From Paraspadella gotoi (taxonomy: Eukaryota > Animalia > Chaetognatha), in the NCBI GenBank assembly GCA_051294375.1, contig CM119265.1, positions 6,953,489-7,017,488 of the forward strand: DNA of 64,000 nucleotides. The letters run 5' to 3'. Made by a program: the position numbers and the translations under genes. Each line of letters opens with the position of its first letter. Position 1 is the stretch's first letter. Below are positions 1-11,361 of the stretch, piece by piece. The notes under the pieces were generated by a model. That model saw nothing but the letters and a program-made list of their open reading frames with translations. It made no database searches and was not told the DNA's origin.

Positions 1-1756
1 CTGCGGGACAAAGGTTTGGACGCCTTTTTAAATTAATTTTACGAGTTACTTTCTTTTATTTTCAAAGCTTCTCAATTCTGATGATGAGTTACTTGAAGTT
101 TTTGTTTTTATTAAAGTTATTTATCATGGACTTGTAAAATCTCTTTTCTTTTTCTTCTTGGAGTCGCAGTCTGTCGAATCCACTCCTGTCACCACATTTA
201 AGTAAGTAGACAGAGATTTCAACATGAAACCAAAGTGGAAGTTTTTCTTGAGAAAAGTCACATGCAAAGACAGTGCCAGAATTTGAGACAAATTGATTCA
301 ATACAAAATGATCAGGTATATATACAATACAATCGACACGGGCTCGTTTCCCGAATGCATGAAGTCTCTCTTCTCATCGGTCCGTTTCGATGAGGATTCA
401 TCCAATTCATCCGAGTCGCGGATCCTATTCCTTTTTTGGTTCCGATTCCATCTGCGATGAAACAATGCAAAAAATAAAACCGTACTTTTATAACTCGCTC
501 TATATTGTCTAAAATACACAACCTGTTTAAGTAACTTTAATTACAATCAAAATATTATAGATGAAATTTTATCATTATCGATGATTGGCATAAATTATTC
601 ATTTCAAATATTCCTTGAATAATTTTTCCCCCTTTGCTTATGAAAAATTACAAGATTACTTGTTTTAAACCGGGATTTCAATCTGGAGCGAAAGGAAAAG
701 ACTTGATTAAATTAAATTCTTTCACTGTATATTATATTTATAACTTTTATTAGTTAGAAAACTACTAATAGTATAATCACTGTCTCTCAAGCGCTAAGTC
801 ACTTTTAATAAAAAAATTTGGTGATAAAAAGTCAGTTTCATGATTTGTTATTATAAAAAAAAAATTAAAATAAAACCTAACTTATTTACTATGGCAATTA
901 TCAACAAAGTCGTCTTTCGTAAATTTTCCCCCCCCCCCAGCTTAAATTTGTATTTTTAATAGATTTTAAAGGGAAAACGTGATTATTAAGTATTATTTAT
1001 ATTATAAAAAAATTTTTTCTGGTTCGTGATTCATTTACTACAGTATCTTATTAATCATTTAAAAAAAAATCGATTGTTTTAATGGGAACTGAACGGTTTA
1101 AAAGTAGAAATTTACCCTCTGACGAAAATGTTTATAACTATCCTAGCTAGAATGTTACGAATTGATGGAAAAAAGTGAAGTATTTTTCTATTAGTAAGAA
1201 AAAATTTTAAAACCTGATTGCTCTTCGTTTCGATTATATTACAAGTTCTTTTGTATCAGTCCAGATTGAAGTCCATGTACTATCTTACAAGGTGACACAC
1301 GACAGCCCGCCGCTAAAAAAAAATCGTCATTTTAATCTGAAATTTTTTTCCAGATTTCATATTGATTGGTTATAATTTGACTTGGCAATGACCGGAAAAA
1401 AGTTGCTTTAAAAATTGTCTTTAATTTTAAAACAAATATTTTTTTGTCTAACTTTATAAACATTTTTTAAAGAACTTTTACATAAAAAGGTATCAATATT
1501 AATATCTTCTGAAAGCTCTTAAAAATTTAAAGAAAATGACATATTTAAAAATATTGTAACATGAAAATAAGTTTAACCAGCGTTAGTTTAATCAAGATAA
1601 TCCAAATTGAAATAATAAAATGCTAAAATATATTTTTTTAAATATCTGACCTATTTTAACTATAATGATAATTTGATAATCCTTTCGTTTGTTGTTTGAA
1701 ATAGATTAAAGGAAAACGAAATTTTTTCGCGTTTTAACAACATTTATTTTTTTATG

Positions 1757-1797
1757 TAATGGACAAGTTTCGACTCTAGTTTTCGAGTCTTCATCAG
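1757..1797 (-). ncRNA. Hammerhead core lacking the 5' strand of stem I
   Basis: Reverse strand reads CTGATGAAGACTCGAAAACTAGAGTCGAAACTTGTCCATTA; the upstream ACAGA does not pair with CATTA. Confidence 0.65.
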
Positions 1798-2355
1798 TCT
1801 GTATCTCCCGTTTCAAAACAGGCCAGAACAGACAACTGCCCGCCTCACCGTCAGGTGAGAAGAGGTCTCTCGGCAGGCCTATCAGGCCAGAGAGATATAC
1901 GAGTGGCCCTTGGCATTTTTCCAGCCGGATCTTTGCCAGACCCGAACCAATCCCACTCCACCACAATATCCTCTCAGCCCATTACAGGCCAATGAACCGA
2001 GCACATCGGTAATGTCCCTCATTTGCCCGGCCAGGGGGGGGCCAGCTCATTTTGAGCTCTTTCTCATCTTATTTTTCTCTTAAAACTTACCTTAGCTATC
2101 CCTCACAACTTATTCTTTCATTTCATATTTCATTCTTACTATTAAACCAAATTCTCACAAACTTTTATTTATTACTAACTTATGTTACTTTAGTTTTTCA
2201 CTTCTATTCACTGTTGTACATTGCCAAATGTATCGATCTCTCTCTCTCTCTCTCTTTCTTTTTCACCAATCTCAAATTCACTCACTCTCCTTCCCTTCCC
2301 TCACTCTCTCCTGTCCTAACATCTGACCACTGTCCTTTACTCAATTTCTTTGTTG

Positions 2356-2359
<4 letters not shown>

Positions 2360-2422
<63 letters not shown>
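2360..2422 (+). repeat. (CT)n microsatellite
   Basis: Directly visible. Confidence 0.95.
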
Positions 2423-2425
<3 letters not shown>

Positions 2426-2484
2426 ATCTCCCTCCTTCTCTCTCTCCCTAAACCAATATAAAAAGTTTGTGAAAGTATCTTTTT

Positions 2485-2530
2485 CAATGCTGATGAAGAC
2501 TCAAAAACTAGAGTCGAAACTTGTCCATTG
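2485..2530 (+). ncRNA. Minimal type I hammerhead ribozyme
   Basis: CAATG-CTGATGA-A-GACTC(aaaaacta)GAGTC-GAAAC-TT-GTC-CATTG: 5-bp stem I, 5-bp stem II, minimal stem III, GUC cleavage triplet ending at 2525. Confidence 0.85.
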
Positions 2531-3547
2531 CATAAAAAAATAAATGTTGTTAAAGCGCGAAAAAATTTCGTTTTCCTTTAATAATTATTCCAAAACTGCT
2601 CTTTAAGAATTTTTGATTACCTTTTATTTAAAGCGGGATAAGCTAATTTTTATATTACAGTATTTTTAATTATGCCATTCTTTTTATATTTTTAATAGGT
2701 TTTGGAAGATATTAATATTGATACTTTTTTATATCATTTTTTAAAAAAATGTTTAAAAAGTTAGCCAAACAGATTGAAGGAAAAAAATGGAGTTTTAAAA
2801 TGAAACACGATTTTGAAGGCAACTTTTCTCCGCTCATTGCCAAGTCAAATCTTAACCAATCAATATAAAATTTGGATATATAAATTATTTAGGTTTTTAC
2901 GACAAAAAAAATCTTTCAGATTAAAAAAAAATTCACAAGTTTGCAAGTGACGATTTTTTTTTAGCGGCGGGCTGTCGTGTGTCACCTTGTAGACTTTAAA
3001 ATTTTTGATTAAAATTTAAAAATAAATGTAAAAATTTATATAACGTATATTCCTTTATAATGTAACTGGGAGAGGGATGTTAGTGTTGTCTTCTGGAAAA
3101 AGAGGGAGCATCAATAAAACACAAGGTTAAAAGTTACATTCTGCCCTAGTTTTCTAATTAGATATTAGACATCATTCTTGTTAAGAAGTCATTTATTGAA
3201 AATTCCAAATATCTAAAAGTCTGAACCGAAAGGCGTGGAGAGGATATTTTGTTATGGGATTAAGGTTATTTATTTATTGTTTACCGGGGAAAGCTGTTTA
3301 AAGAAAGGGCGTCCTTATATATTAGATGTAAATTTTATAATCTTTTATGAGTTAATCTTATATTTTAAATTGAATACATTTATTTTTTTATTATTTTTTA
3401 TATATATTCAAAATGATTTTCGAGGTCATCAGTTGGGAACTTATATCCTTTATGAATTTTGGCTCTTTAATTCCAATATCCAGATATAGGCGAGCCATCG
3501 CCCAATGGTGATCGTCTAAATTATTTTGTTTTAAAAAAAAATTTCAG

Positions 3548-6500
3548 GTCGGTTACGTCGTCCGCTTTGACGATCACACGACTCCAGGACAAACTTGCAT
3601 CAAATACATGACGGATGGGATGCTCCTGCGCGAAGCTATTCTCGACCCGTTGCTAAAGAAGTATTCAGTTGTGGTCCTCGATGAGGCTCACGAACGCACC
3701 GTGCAGACTGACGTCTTATTCGGGGTCGTCAAGGAGGCGCAAAAAGCCAGGTTGGACTCGAATATTTTTAGTCAGATCTGCTTCTCAGCAGATCCCGACT
3801 CTATAATCCACTTTGTCGGTCTGCACCCTAAATCTTGTTGGTCATTCACTTATATCATGTCAGAACATCGAATTATGATAAATTATGCAAAAAAATGACC
3901 ATCCGTGTCTTTCCGTCCGTCCCCCTTTAGAAAAAAACTCCTTTTACTCGTGATTGGATGGGTGGATTGGAATGAAATTTTGTGTGTGGGTAGGAAAGTG
4001 TGTGATTGAGCTGGATATAGTTTCAATTGAATCGTACAAGTGGAAATGAGTTTAAATGAAAACAACCAAAGTCAAATTGACTTGAATTTTTTAGCCGTAT
4101 CTGCTTATCAGCATACTCCGAATCGATAATCCACTTTGTTCCGTCGGTCTGCCCCCTCAATCTTGTCGGGCATTCACTTAAATCATGTCAGAACATCAAA
4201 TTATGAAAAATTATGCAAAAAAGTCTGTCCATCCATCCATGTCTGTGTCCATCTAGCCGTCGCCCCTTAGCAAAAAACTCCAATTACTCATGATTGGATG
4301 AATGGATTGGAATGAAATTTTGTGTGTGGTTAGGAAAGTGTGTGATTGAGCTGGATATAAAGTTTTGATGGAATCGTGCGAGAGGAAATGAGTTGAAATG
4401 GAAAAAACAAGTCACATTTACTATCTTTTTTATTAATTTTGACATATAATTACTCGAATTGTAATCATAATAATAATAATTATATGGATAGATTGAGATA
4501 AAATTTTGTGTGTGGATAGGAAAGGTGTGATTGAGCAGGATGTAATGTTTCGATAGAGTGGAACTGAGTTTGCATAAAAAAAAATAAAAGTTAAATCTAC
4601 TTGAATTTTTAATATTTATGCTTATTCATAAATGTTTTAATTAATTAGTTAAGGTGAAAAAAATGATTCGAGTTGAAAAAAAATTATTTGTACTTAATTT
4701 GTATTTATTTCTATAATAGTAAGTTCAGTTTAATCCATTGAAAGCGATTTACATGTATTGGCACAGCCATTGGTTTGGTATGGTACAATTTGTTATTATT
4801 AGTTAGGATCACAAATTGAAAGAATTATCGTAGGGAGATCCGACATTGTTTGTTCAAACTTGTTTCATTAATTTTGATTTTTGATAGTAACCTCTGGCGA
4901 GATCACTATACTTTTTTTTTTTTTAGAAAGAAAAACTCGACTCTGAAGCCGTTGCATGTTGTTGTTATGTCGGCCACTATGGACGTGGATCATTTTTCCA
5001 ATTACTTTGACTCCGCGCCAGTGCTTTACGTCGAGGGTCGGCAGCACAAGGTCGACGTGAGCTACGCCATCGAGACGCAGACCGATTACGTACATGCTTC
5101 GCTGGGTGAGTTCGAGAGTGGAGTCCTTTCGATTACGAAGTTGAATTTACTATTTTTTACCTTTATCGATAGTCACCCTTTTTCAACTTCACCGTGAAAA
5201 GCCGTTGGATGAGGCAATTCTGCTCTTCCTTACGGGACAAGAAGAGATTGAATCCTTTGTCGCCGCCGCCAAAGCCCTGGTCCACGATCCAACCAACGGG
5301 TAAGGCGAAAATTCATTTCTTTAATTTCTAAAACAGCCCGCTGTTCATTTTTAACGGAAATCGGCCTTATTTATCTTTCATTTATGATTTATTTTTTCAT
5401 AACCAGTCTTCCCCGAATGGACGTAATGCCGTTGTACGCCTCTCTTCCTCAACACGCCCAACTACGGGCTTTCGCCAGGTCCGCTCCGAATTGTCGCAAA
5501 GTCGTGGTGTCGACGAACGTGGCCGAAACTTCCGTCACCATCGAGGGGATCCAACACGTGGTGGACACGGGAAAAGTCAAATCAAAATCCTTCAATCCTA
5601 AATCCGGCCTCGATCTGCTCAAAGTTCAGAACATTTCTCAAGCTCAGGCCTGGCAAAGGACCGGACGTGCAGGACGGGAATCAAGGTGAGTGATATTGAT
5701 CTGGGATGTGGTACGATTGTTTGCGTTTTTTCGTTGATTTTTAGTCGCTTCCAACAATATATTTATTTTTCATTTTTATATCCTCTGGGTCTTTTTCTCG
5801 CCAGCCCGTCTTGGACGTAGATAATCATTTAGTATTGCTTCTTTGTGCCGTTGTCGTCCTCGTTATGCTGTTTTAACATTGAAAATAGCTTAAGTGTGTA
5901 ACCATAGGAAGCTAAAAATTTAGATATGGCTTCTCATCATTGAGGTCTTTTAAATTGTTATGTTTCATATTCCTCCACTCATTTGTTTGTTTTATTTATA
6001 AAACAAATTTTATATATATAGTTCAGCTCTGTAGCGGCTGTCCAGGGGCTGTCCAGCTCTATCGCTCTTTTAATTATATGTTGCTCTCTCTTTTTTTTTT
6101 CATCGCTGCTTCTTCTGATTCGTCTAGAAACGAGTTGAGCTCTGCAGCGGGTGTCCAACTTCTCTCTTTTTTTTTTATCTTTCTCTCTCTCTCTCTCTCT
6201 TTTTTTTTCTCTCTCTTTTTTTTTCTTTGTCTTTTTTTTCTTTCTCTCTTTTTTCTCTTTCTCTCTCATTCTCTCTCTCTCATACATGTATTTTAGGTCT
6301 AATCTCTGATATATATAATATTAATATTAAGTTTCAAGGAAATCCAACCATGGATATAGAAAATATTATTTTGCCATAAAAGATTTTTCCTGAATCTGAT
6401 TACCGCTTGAAAATTCTTAGAATTTCGATCGTTAGCTTAGGACTAAGCTCTGACGAAAAAAGCCAGAGGTTTTTTAATATATTCTTTTACCGGCCAATGT

Positions 6501-9500
6501 AGAATGATGGCAATATTGCTATTGTTAAGTTTATATCGTTTTCAAGGGAAAAAATCCCTTTCATTTCTATATAAAATCAGAGATGGAAAATTTTTTCATC
6601 CAGAAGCAGTCTATTTGTTCTGGCTTGTTTGATATCAAGATGATGATGATTTGACAAGAGAAAAAAAATTTGAGCCCTTCAGATACAACAGGATCGGAAT
6701 CAAGTGTTTTTACATCAATTTTTTACCGGAATTTTTCCCAGGAACGTTTATATTATTTAGTAGTCAGATTTGAACGAAAATCTCCATTGAAAATATCTTC
6801 CTCTCATCTCTAAGAACGACTTCGGCTCCTATGTATTTGTTTTATTTACGATGATTATCATCGCATCAATAAATGACTATCATCGCATCAATGAATGGCT
6901 ATCATCACATCAATGAATGACTATCATCGCATCAATGAATGATTATCATCGCATCAATGAATGATTATCATCGCATCAATGAATGACTATCATCGCATCT
7001 ATCTTTTAGTTATCATCGCATCAATCCTTTGGTTGTCATCGCATCCATCCTTTGGTTGTCATCGCATCAATAATTGGTTGTCATCGCATCAATAATTGGT
7101 TATCATCGTATCAATAATTGGTTATCATCGTATCAATAATTGGTTATCATCGTATCAATAATCAATTACTATTACATCAATCAATTATTATTACCTCAAT
7201 AATTCGTTATTGCATCAATTATTCGTTTTATTTTTTTTCATTAATTTTTTTTGATAGTAACGTCTGGCGAGATCACTTTACTTTTAAGATTTTTAATCAA
7301 TTTATTAATGTTTTTTCTTAGAAACTGTTGGTTTTCGGTAACTTACTCTTTTTTTCATACAGCGGTTTTTGTTATCGACTTTTCACGGAAAAAACCTTTC
7401 GAAATATGAATTCATCTACTGTGCCAGAGATTCTGAGATGCAATCTCGCCACTGTACTTTTGCAAATTATGGCTATGGGGATCCCAAACGTACATTCCTT
7501 CGATTTTATGGATAAACCTTCAGCAGGTTCTCGCCAAGATTGTTTTTAATGCCAGCCATTTAGTAGTTGTCACTAAAAAGTCATTCGAAAAGCTAAACGG
7601 AGTCATTACTTATTCTCTATATACCGACTTTGTCGTCTCGGTTTGAAATAAATCCTTAACCGTGATTGTAATACCAACATTTTTAGAGACGATAAGCAAA
7701 GCTCTGGAGACATTGTCGCTGCTTGGGGCTATAGAAAAGGACGAAGATTCCTTCAAAATTACGCCGACTGGACAACAAATGTCTGCTTTTCCTCTCGACC
7801 CTAAATTGGCAAAAGTTATTTTAAGTTCAAAAGCGAACCTGTGCTCTGAAGAAGTCCTAACGATTGTATCTTTATTATGCACTGGTAGGTATCTTTGGTC
7901 AAATTTCTTCAAAGGCCCTGGGGGAAAAATAATTGTTTTCATTTTTAAAAATTTTTTAGTCGCATCAGGTGCATTGACGTTTTAAACATATAAAAACATT
8001 TTAAAACTAAATTGATAAATTTTAAAATAATTAAGCATGGTTTTAAGATGCATGGTTCATCGTTTTACTACTAATTTTCTAAAATTATTCTAAATCTAAC
8101 TTCAACCGCTGATGTTGATGAAGCTGAAAATTAAGGTAATCTAATATTTTTGTGGTAATAAATAGAGTAAACTTCTCTGTAATTGTTCAAAACGAAAATA
8201 ATTGACAATTTTTTTTTAAAAGTCTTTTTAAAACTTTTTTTACCCTATTGGTGACCCCTCCGGGGGGCCATATCTCGGGTCAGGGGTCAAATATTGAAAT
8301 TCGCCTCGATAGTTCTATTTGTATTCACATATGGATCGTTCATACCAAATTTGGGTTAATTTTACTTTCGCCGACCGGGGTTAGGAGGGGTTTAGGACTA
8401 AGGGTTGTTTAATGGTGGGTTAAAATTAGGGGTGGTAAGGATTAAGAGAATTTCGGGTCATTAGGTAATAATTTTTTTAAAAATTTTAAATAATTATTTT
8501 TAAGTGGTTTTTCAAAAGACGCCAAACCCCGGTCAGCGAAAGTAAAATTTTACACCAAAGTTCAATGAATTTAGTCCAGTAGTTTTCTACAAACGGTCTT
8601 CAGTCTTCGTTTTTCATGGTTTTTCCAATTTTGTTTATTCGCTTTTGCACTGGTCCATATTATTTTAAGATTTCCCCCCCCCCCAGATTCCGTCTTTATA
8701 ACTCCATCAACTAAAAAAGAAGAGGCTCATGCGTCAAGAATTAAGTTTCGCTCAAACGAAGGCGATCATATGACTCTGCTGAATACGTGGAGAGCATACA
8801 AGACGTCTAATCAGAGCAAAGAATGGTAAGTTTATTTGTTCTTTATTTTATATAATCAAGTTTAAGTTTTTATTAGTCGTAGTTATTTGCAATAAATTAT
8901 ATACTAATTTTAAATACATCTTTAATTTTTTTTTTAACTGACATTATTTTTTAAAGTTTCTGAAAAAAAAACTCTATTCTTCAAATATTTAAAAATTTAA
9001 GTCGATTGATATATATGTTTAATTAATTTATATTAACTAATAACTATGTAAGACTTCATTGTCTTAAAGCAATGGTTCTTGGTTATTGAACAAAAGACCA
9101 TTCGGCTCTTTGTCCTATTAACATAAAATAGGTGGCTGCTTTTTACCGTCATTTCATTGAAAAGACGCACCGCGTCGCCCTCTCTGATGAAAAAATATTT
9201 CTGCTTGAGAAATGGCCTAGCCCTGTGATATTACTACAAATCGTGTTTTGCTTAATAATTTTGGCGTTTATCATCTTTTCTTTTGAACATACATAAGCCA
9301 TCGAGTAATGGTACTGTGGCACCGTGCTTTATTTCTCTTTCTCAAATTTTCTCGCTTTGTTGAAATTTTTCCCTTGTTCTGGAATTGTTCAGTTCGACTG
9401 TAATATTTCATGAAGCTTTTTAGCTTTTCGGGAAAAAAACTAAAACACCTTTTTTTAGCGAAAGTTTTTTTTTTTTTTTTTTTTTTGTGGGGGAGGCGCG

Positions 9501-10119
9501 ACTCTGCCATTTATTTAAAATTACGATTAACTATTACAAATAACATACCCATACCTTTATTTCGATATTTCGCCCCCCCAGAAAAATCATAATAATGTAA
9601 ATAATATTTAATGAAAGAATTGTATTACTTATGCGACCTAAATTTTTATTTCTCAAAAGGTGTTTTCAAAATTTTATCAATGGTCGTCATATGAAAACTG
9701 CGGTGGAGATTCGGGCTCAACTTCGTGGTCTCCTTCAGCAAGCTAACATTCCATTGGTTTCCGCCGGACGGGAAAATACGGCGGCCATACGAAAGTCCTT
9801 CGCCGCCGGATTCTTTATGAACGCGGGTAAGACGTCAAAGTGTCACTGATCAACATCTGTCGCCTTTCAATTTTTGTTTTGTTTTTTTTTGTTTTGTTTT
9901 TTTTTTGCAGCCGAACTCAATCCGCGCAATACCAAAGAGTTTTTGACTCTAGTTCCTCCCAAGCAAACCGCATTCATTCACCCTTCTTCCTCGCTTTTCC
10001 GCGCCAACCCTTCCTGCGTCATTTACAACGAACTCGTCCACACCAACAAATGTTACATGAGAGACGTTTGCGTCGTCGATCCCGATTGGCTGACCGAGTT
10101 CTTACCCTCTAAATCCTGA
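3548..10119 (+). CDS. DHX33: DEAH-box RNA helicase DHX33-like, 5'-partial; exons approx. 3548-3750, 4927-5105, 5173-5299, 5407-5685, 7363-7526, 7687-7884, 8687-8824, 9660-9826, 9911-10119
   Basis: [50 protein letters not shown] and [12 protein letters not shown] motifs plus HA2/OB regions. GT-AG exons join in frame. The DHX33 call rests on recalled similarity around [16 protein letters not shown]. Confidence 0.85.
3766..4865 (+). mobile_element. Helentron/DINE-like element, family B (other copies at 44570-45615 and 63801-64000)
   Basis: Subterminal inverted repeat GTCGGATCTGC/GCAGATCCGAC, 5' palindrome, (GTCY)n microsatellite, internal tandem units, T-rich flanks. Confidence 0.7.
6318..6525. 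repeat. Dispersed repeat with an inverted, rearranged copy at about 61080-61300
   Basis: aatccaaccatggatatagaaaatatt and caatgtagaatgatggcaatattg recur as reverse complements. Confidence 0.75.
6855..7165 (+). repeat. 21-22-bp minisatellite (TATCATCGCATCAATGAATGAC grading into GGTTATCATCGTATCAATAATT)
   Basis: About 14 tandem units visible, inside the family C copy. Confidence 0.9.
8358..8549. mobile_element. Small MITE-like inverted-repeat element with a G-rich interior
   Basis: 25-bp inverted repeat AATTTTACTTTCGCCGACCGGGGTT at 8358 and its near reverse complement at 8525-8549. Confidence 0.6.
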
Positions 10120-10188
10120 TAGAAGAGCGACCACGATTCTCATCTCCCGTCCTCTTTTTTACAGCTTGGATATTTAAGATTTGTTTTG

Positions 10189-10195
10189 TTTTCAG
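10189..10195 (+). promoter_or_regulatory. Candidate trans-splice acceptor for TMCO1
   Basis: TTTTCAG after a T-rich tract, 76 nt after the DHX33 stop, with no consensus donor in between. Confidence 0.55.
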
Positions 10196-10237
10196 AAAAA
10201 AATTAATATCGAGACTCACGATACTCACGATTTGAGG

Positions 10238-10884
10238 ATGAATAGCATGCTGTCAGACTCGCTCCTCATTCTCTTCATCTCAACGACGACGGCGCTGGCC
10301 AGCGAAGGGCTTACGTGGCTTATGGTCTACCGAACTGAAAAGTACAAGAAACTCAAGAATGAAGTTGAAAAGCAAAGTAAAAAATTGGAGAAGAAGAAAG
10401 AAACGACCAACGAGACCATCGATAAAAGCGCCAAGAAAAAGCTCGAGAGGTATGTGGTATTTTTTTGTAAGGATTCGCATAGAGGTTCATGATGTATTAT
10501 TTTCACTGTCAATTTTACTCATGAATTAGGCAAGAGGAGAAACTCAAAACAAACAGTCGAGATTTGTCGATGGTAAAAATGAAGTCTATGCTCGCCATCG
10601 GATTCACCTTCACCGCCCTGCTTTCCATGTTCAACTCTATTTTCGACGGTCGCGTCGTCGCCAAACTGCCCTTCGCTCCGCTCTCATGGATCCAAGGCAT
10701 CTCTCACCGCAATCTACCCGGGGCCGACTACACCGATTGCTCCTTTATATTTCTCTACATTCTCTGTACCATGTCCATCAGGCAGAACGTCCAAAAGATT
10801 CTTGGATTTGCACCCTCCCGCGCCGCCTCCAAGCAGGGCGTCGTAGGGGGAGGACTCTTTACCCCTCCGAAGACGAAACTCTAA
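10238..10884 (+). CDS. TMCO1: TMCO1, ER membrane protein; exons 10238-10449 and 10530-10884
   Basis: EGLTWLMVYRTEKYKKLK...KMKSM...FDGRVVAKLPF...SHRNL.G.DYTDCSFIFLYILCTMSIRQN; one 80-nt GT-AG intron. Confidence 0.95.
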
Positions 10885-11361
10885 CGAAGGAGGATCCGAA
10901 TTAAATTTAAATTTTTAAAGTAATTTAAAAGTCTAAAATTCAGTTTTCAGAAATAGTCATCCGACCAATAATACTAGTTTATGAAAAATGAATAATATAT
11001 AGTCAATTAGAAAATTTTTTGTCTGATAAAATTTCTCTGGTAACTACTGTATGTGTAGGTAACTTTAACGTGAATCAATTTATTTTTTCAAAAACACTGG
11101 TGGAATAGATTTACGAGCTAATACATGCATTGAAGCTCAGCTGCTCTAACGCTTTCGTATCCTTCAAATAACAATGTGACACCTTATCATTAAAAAAACG
11201 GCTCCCCTCAGTAATGTTGATATTGGTAATATTGATAATATTCGTTAGTTTAAAAATACTTTTCATTGGATTTTATTGTTTGTTCGAAAATAATCACTTT
11301 CTCTTAATTTATCAATTTTCTCTCAGATTAATCTTATATTTTCAAATTTCTCTTTACTAAC

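Larger units (their letters stand above)
1705..2582. mobile_element. Penelope-like non-autonomous insertion bounded by 93-bp inverted repeats, each carrying a hammerhead core
   Basis: 1705-1797 is the near-perfect reverse complement of 2490-2582; both contain CTGATGA...GAAAC. Confidence 0.7.
1288..2989. mobile_element. Tc1/mariner-type MITE with long imperfect inverted repeats and a nested insertion
   Basis: TIR CAAGGTGACACACGACAGCCCGCCGCTAAAAAAAAATCGTCA at 1288 with its reverse complement ending at 2989; TA on both sides; imperfect inverted similarity continues inward for about 250 bp. Confidence 0.85.

Noticed and set aside
89-521. Short minus-strand ORFs and a CCGATGA...GAAAC string
   Set aside because: No recognisable domain and no valid hammerhead stems.
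6855-7165. CRISPR-like array
   Set aside because: Contiguous tandem units with no unique spacers, in a eukaryotic transposon context.
11115-11138. GAGCTAATACATGC, matching a conserved 18S rRNA motif
   Set aside because: Only about 14 nt match clearly, the flanks do not continue as rDNA, and there are no C/D boxes on the antisense strand; chance or a tiny relic.
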